Source: a virus. Taken from it: DNA of 64,000 nucleotides. A program made the translations under genes and the position numbers. Positions 19,101 through 26,582 of this stretch are shown piece after piece (the stretch's first letter is position 1; each line of letters begins with the position of its first letter). A model generated the notes under the pieces. That model was not told where the DNA came from. It saw only the letters and a program-made list of their open reading frames with translations, and searched no databases. The stretch covers positions 1 through 64,000 of IMG/VR virus record IMGVR_UViG_3300007539_000013; one strand, 5' to 3'.

Positions 19101-19309
19101 TTGACAATATCTAGGTATTGATTGGTAAACCCTTCACCGAACTTATCGGTTATTGAGTCTAACCCGCCCCCTTGATTTCTAGTTTGCTCTGCTAATTGTA
19201 GTAGCAGATCCTTATTGGATAAGGTACTTAGATCAACGCCGATAGCCTGCAAGCGAGCCCGTACTCGGGCAACTTGCGGGTTAAAAATGTCATCATCAAT
19301 AGTTGCCAC
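7181..19309 (-). CDS. giant internal virion / polyvalent protein (4042 aa)
   Basis: Last of the internal-virion block; zincin motifs HEIIH and HEIQH; LPD23-like LFQSYPEL...HEIQHAVD; degenerate ART-like segment. Confidence 0.8.
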   Translation of the reverse strand: MATIDDDIFNPQVARVRARLQAIGVDLSTLSNKDLLLQLAEQTRNQGGGLDSITDKFGEGFTNQYLDIVNAPEPGREGFLGGLKEIPEGIGRGYEGMKSTALGGLGLAAGTLGFEDAEASLMQSAAEAQQRASEYNPSISRASDVRWDNPAEVARFLAGGFGEALPSTVEAAGSFALGAGAGGLAGRAVVKSRLRETLKNVVKRKSASETADQAIKRTFSTAGMQLGLGTSSIGLGTGEIYTELYPYTQLDPSNKDYVSPDKAKSLSIGFGTLAGSLDLFSAGLQLNKIIGIGEEASAQYLKRLLYNLPEGVFVEGATEAAQEFINIAADKYARGRELTFAGEELEQMFDAGVLGALGGVQFSAAGAIRFGDSKDKSGDDLKSDNETELEQEQTLPQDFAMADEIDSALEEIEAKEEEDVKFKPGDPVAVFREGRKISGTVSTIDDNTAIIETKSKVGDKEVTSRVEVDLDTEGLFNDAFVPEEEDLPEVEEEEDVSIEDDEPAVVTEDFTYNEKTTKVEPQERKTLEKAIKAYESSASKNNGISSKSASPKKDFTEITGVNSQSKQGQKLLTQLKELNVLDANGNYSVPTARDAKIEEDNAKEQVRRNKKKVERLFGQVSEDGRKVKVPDPVGQKVKLNNSSEPYTITSYDADTGVMKAEQVNVKGGNITTRPIEIDATGAYDFQTGKRIGNVTKFTKRGKIGGVKQIYSGFQAGEDSNILFSEEAPEGGYIGGLGGIFTTEGQKTVLLQNPLVIDMKGGQVTEEDNQIAQRNLATDNDGVVFENVGPTRRSIIVTKNQDGIYETEDNAIRQEMSNLGYTANEIEEVFRPISEITGDDPIRPLIGTIVGNHQYEQSSRFVGSNIPREKLMEDVPEQTKKSQGGAIDDKYFDGDQFNAIRWAFDHKRPLFTGKAVTTFSQVQSNNLGTTETFDFDPDAEYEYEQRSGQYQKIDASTPEEFEDALFNKRPKGVKRIFKNRRQATGGYYEFRSEEYGKVFTIGDVEFTKPIPEEKNAYLPLLEKSLESEEVTILSVDNKISPSMTKGDEGKVLVILRADKTRNGLEEGNIRITQLDDKGNRVFDSVKRNKDNSIPANRNSVVADMEDYTMIGQIKLFTPHSDRIDLMYNNIGEFTSDPEVQAVAAYNRTEDKFVPKLSVPKVSGGRGKRLKESFSAIQQIERLQREKPKNYKKRINELSQILSELQVEKIIIRDTSTGAIESLLNLLNTKFSVQNGLIEADLKDVLSIYNQLEPELQQRITDILNKGEGSTEVTFFTDLLDNTDVSDKEVKEEIRSLGKEAKFQDVDKELLYLALRNSPKVGDTISRYSEIHRRLIGYQTQDQDYVKTVVGGVENLMSNIEQIREDLGLRKIESGLEKYSLDLLGNVTRSEEMQQLKKIIRSESVAAYQELVQEGVIIPSPTEQRTYIEWTKFEIGSPEYNDWVEFSKKNPLRKEKSYSIPAINSRPAEKFINSIAKKFEEVIIYSSTAEDMAEKRDQAMARQDILDAIKRGDSDNLQFKSLFLDYFKHYTESPKSISKIDAQDMFEIVDDANTFESILGRDIKDQISRLISEITNSDELIGFVKDYSNVMVGTGFSQIRKQIMESLAKAYGIPLGDQKIWKVGPSKQSRSKKRKGTDDKLIIAETKIKALDQYRMDKGLDMFDTNVRATPMTRMSSIYGDYNTKLFVNNLASMFSNGPLIYTAESNQTLPNMRTMPKGFVDITTGREMEHPTTPLNEEDIERDRSRRRKQIGAVALPREHPLILSGNEEQLADAKNAMERFMESRERIRVGSPLTNTMGPHIKHGIYTTRNFTAKLALKRILEMPKANKATKFWAQALQRNNSDLINNMTIQFVNWSDFRKYATTKEDQISTAVYIPSENKILVSDLYYDNLDVSADEQLAGVLMHEIIHAPTKLAMDIGYAKANGHSLETFASMAQIKDLAVDEDTLGRIYTNLNNVVLPELREKLGNADYVHGLSSVDEFWSEVASNPKFRRALSKTRFSEQTRKKLGISRSWISNAWDYIKAILARIFGLETSTESLKWANEQLDAIINMAQELTPMREVLNDLNARGTGQLHMLGGKGAIQALGAEYSFEWFDGTTRVLIDPTNMRMQGSILHDGTDLIDLKSGDKLPDDNFTLGTLIDWPELFQSYPELESMPVIFKDMEALGSYGGGVIKIRKGTKDSPMLIGSRLEPDGHFATDIDMDTLKEYGIDSAAKRDAYSAYLTRTLVHEIQHAVDKIDGNPGGFNEESLRYLMPGLEDTAAFKQFREINNIGKINPNMGAHMILLATRYKDIQKVLDQGNLTYGYTLLPHERSALKELFENLRKISALASISGRVISADRKNMHPDLASLVYNHKAGEVTSQASEEIFDASSSSEYSERLEEYKNGIAEGKAMRHPALDFQGMMADNAWRLDYRLFPVLREVFSKAGSNLAEMFSTQFEHIYKFNHASLKAVPTPDASERVFQEGDVAAINEVVTLLSRAYNNLAAKGMVTESPEDFINKYAPGKVGNEKYYKRISQGIEDPQSIRIGDQGRNQVTRTHATNQAIDLISMMLRGRKQKVPGILDRLDYAESQIKDTDQQIEEFNEMFKDVQKRGLASPEDIAKTVTISMKKLTREQIEDIAKLVKKPIRKTAMDLDGVTSRDVGKILSKVTDIDTFDDFNPQEMNDAIENLNDPKFSKDTPESKYLRMAIVKVLQTQKDSSLFLYRMSTDKLGEGAERTKLLRDINKIFTATRADLTSDGFSYESSLEKRLNGLKKKRLKLLDLVDFQTLLQKEKVMLKELHNSINPRYKRLRAAMGELEPTNVGDGEPILVMRLNRDADGKPTGGYTKKTMVISLDKNGAIDNPDFNKAISETLMFSRDPVNVQKYGDQPWFRNMARNAQVALMDPTGGLKDKYFTQRKNWHLGSLESVGQAMGRFGPAGKKIAGLITQVIGQTRDLQSKVKAYSISANRAFVRVSKELGLDGPSLYTEVWQDMAFWFDNHPEYYGQEEEAFSQMWKWMREERPMHLENVKDMNRARDAVRFWVQKEIEAKNYMRYVNEEILGNRIRDDEVTVQSELDGSQVDFYRRPIDLGFSTWSRTLNNHAISSVVLMMRNKLKEDSNSDRNRIKLLENLANSAAENDLETVTEMYNLLYGDPQVVKEFVEPFLLGGVRRSAFSGPDNAPVGNSQFALAWKESGGDMITFLDNIFDNFSDTDGLDAEQVEKSKFEWYASFSKQLDARYKRLVRADNQVANEAHNVMKASEAIKNTPRSLDSRQIESKLPKKFFYYDIHDEVSTQIRLAMMVATSVFGRNGMKINDVGQGFYDKMGGRASTFNNVMTIATRGVHEAPQMFYSNAVKRDAYKILERDYGEKDGKLAFERLYSDAVTYREFGKVFDQLGQYYGKGNISGAYGDANVLLELLGTQSLMVLDNPKSSFWQTLALGEFPMAFRGLNRMSGKATGAALANMFNQSFGGIIEAFGYNLPKTSRIARSLNSTHFRTEEMNLSLQELLTQVGPNGEMVSGTKMNSFKKGIRNVKNAIAHSRRLNPDGTRQSFDAFTLFTGLFPWANGIINHSVGVGTAMAYEAEILRIAKFIEEKGLDIMEPIEFTAEQLGMNNSKTAEMVIGERDGWNNMNNMLLENGTSSMSRLAYDFLQRKQINPDAPVLEHNTVLMMNQVGMSNVSGEGFNAKIPLLYNNGLMRYAGIFLGWPIWKMAQTNRFIGREAGDELGTYMAFLKYLGLVSAVYMPLGLSAAFLVDWYDEEIVGKPNNLPPLTPWAMMPVFGPLFAMSNEESTIYAVTSRLARAGNVYGMGFEVANSMFATGDPFGAAKEFSLDSRLFMFNTFRNVRDALGTWYHQGEADYGNVIRPMLYGLGLGSVIQQMDVVSNLMDLDIEERRVADYLTAKNLIKKSAWVMGLPLTPPAKGYGKPSPVSVNLRQMERAAYANDKAEFFRQYQEAISAAKVYIEENKINTTPEDYIHERFRQRNIRYGITKGRISDQDWKRILEIQDEDDRVMLENYIDLHEFYLNQIGTSRNTSALPSMSQLRRMALLGVPIRY

Positions 19310-19311
19310 AT

Positions 19312-19929
19312 CTACCTAGCATTAAGGGCGTTCGGTTTGTATCCTACACCGGGGCCTTGCAGTGCTTTGATAAGCACATCGGGCGTGCCTTCAAGCTGTG
19401 GATTTTGTTGTACGATTTGACTCATTCTATCTGGGGATTGTGGCATTTGTTCGGTTGGCATTCTTGGGGAATTTGACATCATTTCTGCGGTCTGAAAAGC
19501 TAGCTCTGGAGCAACGAATCCAACTGCGGTTCCTGCTGGCCCCATCGTTGTCCCCGCTGCCGCACCTAAAAGTCTTGGGGCTATGTATCTACCTAAAAAT
19601 GGAGCAAGCTTTGTCATGCCTTGCTTCATCGCTTGTTGCTCTAATTTAGGGGTAAGCGCGTTGGCGGTAGCTCCTCCGACTGCATAACCAAGTGTTCCAT
19701 CAACCGCACTTGTTGTTTCATCTATTCCAAATTGAGCCTTCTCAACATTATTTCGTTGCTCTTGGAATTCAGCTACACCACTACCTGCCCCTTCAATAAA
19801 CCCAGTCATTGCCTGCATAGCATTGTTGCGTTGCAGTACCTCTTCTACTTTAGCTCTTTGCTCTGGGGTAAGTTTGCTAAAGTCAACACTCATACCGCCA
19901 TGAGTATGTGGTTTGTCGGTTACGCTCAT
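19312..19929 (-). CDS. putative internal virion protein
   Basis: Gly/Ala-rich hydrophobic helices; operon position. Confidence 0.55.
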   Translation of the reverse strand: MSVTDKPHTHGGMSVDFSKLTPEQRAKVEEVLQRNNAMQAMTGFIEGAGSGVAEFQEQRNNVEKAQFGIDETTSAVDGTLGYAVGGATANALTPKLEQQAMKQGMTKLAPFLGRYIAPRLLGAAAGTTMGPAGTAVGFVAPELAFQTAEMMSNSPRMPTEQMPQSPDRMSQIVQQNPQLEGTPDVLIKALQGPGVGYKPNALNAR

Positions 19930-21218
19930 TGCATCTTTATCGCACCAGCATTCAGGAGCTCTTCATATAACTGCATAGCCTCTTCTATATCCGCAGGACT
20001 ATATAATCTTTGTCCCGTACCTGCCTCGACTGCATTATTTTCTAAGATATTCTTTAGTAAATCATACTGTTCTTGATTGTCTCGATTCCTCTGATTTGTA
20101 GTTAAGGCATTATAACTCGCTGCCATTATTGCAGGTGTGGCAAGTGCTGCAGTTGCTTTTAAACCTGTACCTTTTGGTAGTCTGGTTTTTTTGCCTTCAT
20201 CAGGATCGGAAGTCGGACGAGATGCGTTCTTTAGGTTCTTTGGCTGATTTGCACGAATTCTATCGACCTCCTCGCTTCCAATTTTCTTGAACCTATTTTT
20301 AATGTAAGATGTTGAGGGTAATTGTTTTTGCTGTGAAGCAACTATTGCGTCGCCATCAATATTTACCCTTGGGCCGGTCACCTTACCTTGGGTCTGTTGT
20401 GTATATAACGGGGATTCTATATTATAGAATCGCTGTAAGTTTAGTGCCTTATTGGCATTTGGGTCAGTCGCCTGAAGTGCGTTATTTAAGGGTTTTGCAC
20501 CAGCGGATTGACCTTCAAGTCCAATTTGAGCTGGGGTAACAGGCGTGTCAGGCATAGCCTGTAGCACCTTGCTATAATTAGAACTGGTTAGATTAGGTAG
20601 TCCACCTGGATTGGTTTGGAAGTAATTCTGAGGAAGAAACTTACTGTCTCCCCTTGGTATGAATGTTCCCGTTCCACCTTCAGGTATTCTGAATGACCTA
20701 CTTTTTCCTACATTAGGTGCATCGGGATCTATTTGCGCGTCGAAAGTTGGTTTAACTCCATCAAGCGTTCTGCCCGCAATCTGATCAGCAAGTAAAAGTC
20801 CAGTACCTGTTGCCGCAACTGCAGTAAGTGGGTTTTCTGCAACTAAATTGGCCGCTCCTCCAGGAATATCAAAAAGTATATTACTTTCCCTTTGGAATTC
20901 TGCAAGCGGAGGGGCAGAGCCAGTGACAAACTCTCCAGCATTTTTTGCATTTATACTGATTTGGTCGTCTTGGTATGAGTTGCCTTTTGCTACATAGATC
21001 TTTCCATTCACCATGTCGGCAGCCCTTGGGTCGCTACCTAAGCTTGCTTTAACTTCTCCCTGTAGCTCCTGAAGTCTTTGATTAAATTTAAGATTCGCAC
21101 CCTGCCTTACTTCATCAGACAGGCGATCATTCATCATGATCACATAGTAACTATCGAGTGCCTGATCGACTACCTCGACCTCTCCTCCATTTGATAACGC
21201 TATTACTGCTTTCTTCAT
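19926..21218 (-). CDS. putative internal virion protein
   Basis: 430 aa; operon position. Confidence 0.55.
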   Translation of the reverse strand: MKKAVIALSNGGEVEVVDQALDSYYVIMMNDRLSDEVRQGANLKFNQRLQELQGEVKASLGSDPRAADMVNGKIYVAKGNSYQDDQISINAKNAGEFVTGSAPPLAEFQRESNILFDIPGGAANLVAENPLTAVAATGTGLLLADQIAGRTLDGVKPTFDAQIDPDAPNVGKSRSFRIPEGGTGTFIPRGDSKFLPQNYFQTNPGGLPNLTSSNYSKVLQAMPDTPVTPAQIGLEGQSAGAKPLNNALQATDPNANKALNLQRFYNIESPLYTQQTQGKVTGPRVNIDGDAIVASQQKQLPSTSYIKNRFKKIGSEEVDRIRANQPKNLKNASRPTSDPDEGKKTRLPKGTGLKATAALATPAIMAASYNALTTNQRNRDNQEQYDLLKNILENNAVEAGTGQRLYSPADIEEAMQLYEELLNAGAIKMQ

Positions 21219-22588
21219 CGCATTCCCTTAAAGCCTGGTGGTAACTGCGGTGTAAACCCTTCTGAGCCACCTTGTGGTGCAGTTATTGCATTGCCGGGAG
21301 GTGTGGTCGAAGGGGCATACTTGCCTTTGTATTGAAACGCCATCCTCTCAAGTTCATTCATTTGCGTATTAGTTGCCTGTATGCCAGAGGTCACAAATTG
21401 ATTCATTGAATCCCGTAAACTTGCATTTTCAGGATTACTATAAAATGCCTCCTTTGCCTTATTTATGGCTACAGGATTTGGATTTCCATTTGGCTTGTAA
21501 AGGGTGGTTATATCTATGCCTTTTATCCTTGAGGCATTTGACATAATAAACGCAGCTGTAAGCTCATCTTCCCTTTCAGTCTGACCCCCGCTCTTCCATG
21601 CAATAACCTTGGCGAGCATGTCATCAACTACTGGTTGGATATTTGCTGCGCGATTTGCTTCGTCTTGACGCTCAAGTGATTTCAGCTCGAAACTTTTATC
21701 AACATTATACTTCGTTCCCTCAAGTTGTATTTTGGCAACCTCAAGCATACGCTTATTAGCATCATCTGCTTTGAGCATTTCCGCATCTAGCTCAGCGTAC
21801 TGAAGATCTATATTGTCATCAAATTGTCTTTTCTTTTCAGCTAATTGATCGTAACCAAGACCAATCTCGGCTTCCATGATGCCAACCTTTGCCTCATCAA
21901 TTTTATTAGCCATGTCCGCAATCCTGTTGCGGGTCTTATCCTCCATTCCGGCAATCTTAAATTGATTGTCAATCTGAGCAAATGCTACGCGCTCCTGAGA
22001 CTCAAGTTTCTTTTCCGTTTGCTCACCCTGAAAAGTTCGATTCTTTTCGTTTTCTACTGCGTTCCAGACTCTTTGTGCTTCAGCCTCACTAAGGTCTAAT
22101 CCTTTAGATTCTTTTATCCATTCTTGCTGTGAATTAAATTGCCTTGCGTTTTCAATCCTTGATTTTTCCTTTTCACTAAGTTGAGCAAAGCTGATTTTTT
22201 CAGTAGAGGCGATTGACTCTTTCTGCATATCTTCAGCTGACTTCATGCGTGCATATCCCAACTCTTTAGTGAGTGCGTTTTGCGCATCTGCCATTGCCAT
22301 GCGACCCTCGAGATCCATCTTCTGTCTTTGCATGGCTTGATCCGCATCATATGTGGACTGAGTCATTGCTTCGGTAAATCTTTCGCGCGCCCGTAAATCA
22401 GAGGCAGGATCAATATTGATCATATTTGCATTCTGCCCATTGATCTGTTGACCAATATTTAGTGCATTACCCCGTAGGTAATCAGCTACTTGACCACCAG
22501 ACATCCCGGGGCCTTGAGTAACTTGGAATTGACTAGGTTGGGCGACCTGCCTACCTGACGCAAACTGGGCTGTTAATGCTTGTGCCAT
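21215..22588 (-). CDS. putative internal virion / ejection protein
   Basis: Q/E/A-rich coiled coil with ExxRQF repeats. Confidence 0.6.
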   Translation of the reverse strand: MAQALTAQFASGRQVAQPSQFQVTQGPGMSGGQVADYLRGNALNIGQQINGQNANMINIDPASDLRARERFTEAMTQSTYDADQAMQRQKMDLEGRMAMADAQNALTKELGYARMKSAEDMQKESIASTEKISFAQLSEKEKSRIENARQFNSQQEWIKESKGLDLSEAEAQRVWNAVENEKNRTFQGEQTEKKLESQERVAFAQIDNQFKIAGMEDKTRNRIADMANKIDEAKVGIMEAEIGLGYDQLAEKKRQFDDNIDLQYAELDAEMLKADDANKRMLEVAKIQLEGTKYNVDKSFELKSLERQDEANRAANIQPVVDDMLAKVIAWKSGGQTEREDELTAAFIMSNASRIKGIDITTLYKPNGNPNPVAINKAKEAFYSNPENASLRDSMNQFVTSGIQATNTQMNELERMAFQYKGKYAPSTTPPGNAITAPQGGSEGFTPQLPPGFKGMR

Positions 22589-24204
22589 TATGCGTTACCT
22601 CCAAATAACCCGCCCAATGCACCCATAACCTTCTTACCTTTATCTATGTAACCAGGTATCTTTCCGATGGTATCAAAAATATTACCGTCGTCAGAAGGTG
22701 GTATGTAAGGTTGGGCGGTGTAATTTGTATTACCAGCGGGCAATGTACCAGTAGAAGTGTAAGGAGATACCTTGCTTGCAAGTGGGCCTTGTGGCGCAAG
22801 TGCAGCTTCACCAAATAGTGATGGAAGCATAGCTTTCTGTAGTCCCATTGACGGAATCATGCCAACATTGGATAATTGCTGACCCATAATTGAGTTATAT
22901 AAGCTCTTGTCTGCATCAATCATGCCTTGATCCAAACCAAGATTTTCTGCTTGTGCCTGACTTAATACATCTCCGAATCCAAGTCTTGTGTTTGCATTAC
23001 CAAGTAATGCTTCATTGCGGTATACATCTGCCATACCTGGATTGATGTCACCAAGCTTTTCATATCTACCGCCCTCAATATCACCAAGCTTATCGTATCT
23101 TGCACCCTCTATATTTCCAAGGGCACCATACCTTGCACTCTCATTATCTATAATATTTTGAGCTAGGGCTCCAGCTTGTTGCTGACCAAGGCTAGATGCT
23201 ATCATCGCATTTGCCATGTTTTGACCAGTTCCACCTTGCATTCCACCTAAGCCTCTTGCAGCAGCCCGAGCCATGTCTCCAGCAGCTGACCGTTGCGCGG
23301 CAGCTAATGCTCTTGCACCTGTCCCTCGGACATCAAATTGTTGATCAGCAAATCTACGTCTTGCATCAAACTCTTGGTCGGCAAATCCACGCCTTGCATC
23401 GAACTCCTGTCTGGCTAAGTCAGCTTGTGTATTAACTGAATTCGCAAGCGAATCTGCGTATGCTTCACCAGCATTTATGACCTTATCCTCTAAGTCCCTA
23501 ATATAGTCAGCAGAGTTTAGATTTATACCCTTGAGGTCTTGTGTGATTTGATCTGATTGATCGTTGAATCCTTGGAGCTTATTCTCCATTCGACCGTCAT
23601 AAATAGATTGCAACCTATCTACCGCAGAGTCCTGGGCACCCTGTAACTTATCATAGGTTGGCTGGAATCCTGCCATTAACTCATCGGGAGTACCTGTATA
23701 ATTCTCAAGATTTTCTGCAGTGCCCTCTAGTCCTTCTAATAAAAAGTCTCCTGATTTTCTTAAATAGTCAGGGAATGGATCCATGTATTCCCCTTCTTTA
23801 TCCATAAGGAAGTTCTCAACCGACTCCGGGCGAGTTATATCAAAAAATGCCCCTTTGCCCCGCGATATTAAGTCTGATGCAAGGGCCATTCTGTTGCCTT
23901 CTGCAGTTTGTTTATCTACTGCTGTTTGTTGATCCCTTAGTGCTTGAAGTTCTGCATCGCGAGCGGCTTTACCCGTTACTAATGCACCTAGAGCGCCTAC
24001 ACCTTCCTTGACTGGTTGCGTAACCTTATCTTCTACGAAGTCACCAACTTGTCCAAATATGTTATTTTTACCACCGGGTGTTACTTTTGCCAACCCCTTC
24101 CCCACGAATGTCTTATTTGAAATACCAAAGGTCTTGTTCTCGTCGATGCCCAACGCATCGTCCAAGATTTCTTTTTTAAAACTTCTGCCTATTTTATGTG
24201 CCAT
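22588..24204 (-). CDS. putative DNA ejection protein
   Basis: G/A/Q-rich; 11-aa repeats (QEFDARRGFAD; GDIEGARYDKL). Confidence 0.6.
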   Translation of the reverse strand: MAHKIGRSFKKEILDDALGIDENKTFGISNKTFVGKGLAKVTPGGKNNIFGQVGDFVEDKVTQPVKEGVGALGALVTGKAARDAELQALRDQQTAVDKQTAEGNRMALASDLISRGKGAFFDITRPESVENFLMDKEGEYMDPFPDYLRKSGDFLLEGLEGTAENLENYTGTPDELMAGFQPTYDKLQGAQDSAVDRLQSIYDGRMENKLQGFNDQSDQITQDLKGINLNSADYIRDLEDKVINAGEAYADSLANSVNTQADLARQEFDARRGFADQEFDARRRFADQQFDVRGTGARALAAAQRSAAGDMARAAARGLGGMQGGTGQNMANAMIASSLGQQQAGALAQNIIDNESARYGALGNIEGARYDKLGDIEGGRYEKLGDINPGMADVYRNEALLGNANTRLGFGDVLSQAQAENLGLDQGMIDADKSLYNSIMGQQLSNVGMIPSMGLQKAMLPSLFGEAALAPQGPLASKVSPYTSTGTLPAGNTNYTAQPYIPPSDDGNIFDTIGKIPGYIDKGKKVMGALGGLFGGNA

Positions 24205-24683
24205 TATACAACCTTTACGTAACTTATTTCAAAAGGCACAAAACCTTTTCTATTGTAGAACTTTGATACTTTTTCGTTCCAGTGGTAATGGGTCATGTGG
24301 ATCCTTTTAGCTCCTTGATCCTCAAACCATTTCATTAATTTGTTGAAAAGTTTTATACCAATGGAGGTACCACGCTCCTCTTTCTTTACATACCAAAAGT
24401 CCTCAGATCCCCACATAAGGTTAGCCCACGGATGCTTGGATACACTTCCTGCGGCAGCTCCAATTATTTCATCTCCTCGCTCTGCGATAAATACGGCAGT
24501 AGGAATTTCCTGTAATATCCTTGATTTAAAATCAGACACGAACCCATCTAATGATGTATCCCCATTAGACTCCAACTCTGGAATATGTGAGTGAGTTTCT
24601 GCTACAAATTCATTTAATACAAGCTCCCCAATCTTAGGAAGCTCAGATATTTTTGCAGGCCTAATTTTTGTTTTTAAATGCAC
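24204..24683 (-). CDS. GNAT acetyltransferase
   Basis: WYVKKEERGTSIGIKL motif A; FYNRKGF. Confidence 0.88.
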   Translation of the reverse strand: MHLKTKIRPAKISELPKIGELVLNEFVAETHSHIPELESNGDTSLDGFVSDFKSRILQEIPTAVFIAERGDEIIGAAAGSVSKHPWANLMWGSEDFWYVKKEERGTSIGIKLFNKLMKWFEDQGAKRIHMTHYHWNEKVSKFYNRKGFVPFEISYVKVV

Positions 24684-24684
24684 T

Positions 24685-25089
24685 TCACTGCGGCGGGGTA
24701 GGAAATGTTATATCCCTAAAGGTGGCATACCCATGCTCATCAACTTCTGGCCTTTCATTACCAATGGTTATGTCCCGTAGTGCTTGCCTGTAATCTTTCC
24801 ACTCCTGCGGGATTTCTTCACCCCTCTCAGTGGAGCGAGAAACAACCCAGTCAGAGTCAGTTAGTAATCTATTCCTCCTCTTTTTTAGGTCAATTAAGGC
24901 AAATCTGTACTTCACATCATTATTCCATGCGTCAAGTATCTGCTCTCGGGTGGGAGGATTTTGTGGCTCCTCCTTGTATTTAATCATGTCATACCAATCT
25001 TCGCCAGCACCTAGTAGCATCATTGGTATACCCGTTGCTTCCTTGCAAATAAGATGCAAGGCATCTAAGAATCTTTGATCTTTATTCAT
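24685..25089 (-). CDS. tail fibre assembly chaperone
   Basis: RNRLLTDSDW...WKDYRQALRDIT...FPTPP; start at MNKDQ is ATGA-coupled. Confidence 0.85.
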   Translation of the reverse strand: MNKDQRFLDALHLICKEATGIPMMLLGAGEDWYDMIKYKEEPQNPPTREQILDAWNNDVKYRFALIDLKKRRNRLLTDSDWVVSRSTERGEEIPQEWKDYRQALRDITIGNERPEVDEHGYATFRDITFPTPPQ

Positions 25090-26300
25090 AATAAATACCC
25101 CGTAAACCACAGGTTCCACCCACTGCACTCATATTGGTGAACCGCATTACCTGAAGAGTCCCTAGCGAACTGCACCTGGCATTGAACCGACCTTCTACTT
25201 CCATTATGATTTATAGGGACAATAACAGTAGCTAAATTTGTCACACCCCCGGAACCAAATAAGTTGGTTGATGCAAATTGATAACCTGAACTAAAACTAT
25301 AAGTACCTCCTGTACTTGCCCATGTACCAACCGTGAAATTAGTGTTTAGTGATTGGCCTGTTGTTGTTATAGTCGTTCCTGCTTGGTTTTCTCGTCTAAC
25401 TATAGTATTACGATTATTAAAACTAGTTCCTTGAGGAGGTGCGGGAACAAGGGACACACTTACATCTGCCGCAGGGTAGGATTGCGAATTTCCATTTGCA
25501 TCCAGCCCTGTGCTTGTCATCTGAAAAGTAAGTAATGCCCAATTTGCACTTGCTGGAACTTTATTTCCAAAAACATCAAAAAATACAGTAGGATCAAATT
25601 CCACTTGAGCATCTCCGTAGTGAAACCATCCCCCAGCTACTTGAGTAGAAACACTAGTACCACCCGCATTTCTGTATGAAGTCAAAGCCCCACCCGTTAT
25701 ACCATCAGGAGCAGAAGTAATAGATGTTGGGGTGGAGTTATCTAGTGAGAATGTAGTGCCTGATAATTTTAATCCAGTACCCGCACTATATGTGGTATTG
25801 GTATCAGTGTTTGTATCCACCCATGGAACATTTACAAACATCTTACCTGAGCTTAACTCCACAGGGTAATTTCTCCCGTTTTCAGAGTACCCAATTTTTA
25901 CCAGTCCAGCAGTGCTAGCTGTAGCGGTTGAATATGTTGTGTTTGTATCCACCCATGGAACATTTACAAACATCTTACCGCTACTTAATTCTACAGGGTA
26001 ATTCTTACCGCTCTCGGTGTATCCAATTTTTACCAACCCAGCAGTGTCAGCTGTGGCGGTTGAGTATGTTGTATCAGTAAATACTGCGTTTGCAGGAACA
26101 TTTGTAAGTACATCTTTATCTACAACGCCGTCAATGTCCCCAATGATTCCATTAACTGCCTGCCTTAATAATTCAAAGTTATCATCAACATCTTGGTGAC
26201 TTAGTGGTGATCCACTATTCGTCGTCCGATACTTCATCGCAGTGGAAGTAGCCGTGTGTGAGTGACCTGATGCTTGTGTTACTGTAGATGTTGCCGCCAT
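25086..26300 (-). CDS. tail fibre protein
   Basis: GSPLSHQDVDDNF N-terminal motif; VPANAVFTDTTY and AGLVKIG repeats; adjacent chaperone. Confidence 0.8.
   Translation of the reverse strand: MAATSTVTQASGHSHTATSTAMKYRTTNSGSPLSHQDVDDNFELLRQAVNGIIGDIDGVVDKDVLTNVPANAVFTDTTYSTATADTAGLVKIGYTESGKNYPVELSSGKMFVNVPWVDTNTTYSTATASTAGLVKIGYSENGRNYPVELSSGKMFVNVPWVDTNTDTNTTYSAGTGLKLSGTTFSLDNSTPTSITSAPDGITGGALTSYRNAGGTSVSTQVAGGWFHYGDAQVEFDPTVFFDVFGNKVPASANWALLTFQMTSTGLDANGNSQSYPAADVSVSLVPAPPQGTSFNNRNTIVRRENQAGTTITTTGQSLNTNFTVGTWASTGGTYSFSSGYQFASTNLFGSGGVTNLATVIVPINHNGSRRSVQCQVQFARDSSGNAVHQYECSGWNLWFTGYLL
25805..26075 (-). repeat. 2 x 44-aa (132-bp) tandem repeat in fibre
   Basis: TTYSTATAxTAGLVKIGYxExGxNYPVELSSGKMFVNVPWVDTN twice. 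Confidence 0.85.
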
Positions 26301-26310
26301 TGTGTACCTT

Positions 26311-26334
26311 TGTTACAATTTAATTCGTGTTACA
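26311..26334 (-). promoter_or_regulatory. TGTWACA-N10-TGTWACA element, copy 6
   Basis: Minus strand TGTAACA CGAATTAAAT TGTAACA, 10 nt before ATG 26300. Confidence 0.8.
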
Positions 26335-26341
26335 GATTTCG

Positions 26342-26563
26342 TCAAGATGCCAAACCTGCTTCAAAGTCAGATAAATCACCAACTTGTACATCTCCGTATG
26401 TTTTGTCGGTGATCGCCAAGTCCCCAATGGTTACATTTTCATTGAATGTATTTGATAGTCCAGTCCACGTGTTTGTCCCTGCAAGGAGTTCTGTCTTCCC
26501 GAGTTCTACTTTGTCGGCTACCGCCTCACCCATTTGATATAGTACTATGCTTGGATCGCTCAT
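26342..26563 (-). CDS. small virion/fibre-associated protein
   Basis: SIVLYQMG...GDLSDFEAGL motif shared with neighbouring genes. Confidence 0.65.
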   Translation of the reverse strand: MSDPSIVLYQMGEAVADKVELGKTELLAGTNTWTGLSNTFNENVTIGDLAITDKTYGDVQVGDLSDFEAGLAS

Positions 26564-26582
26564 AATAATTATTTAGTAAATT

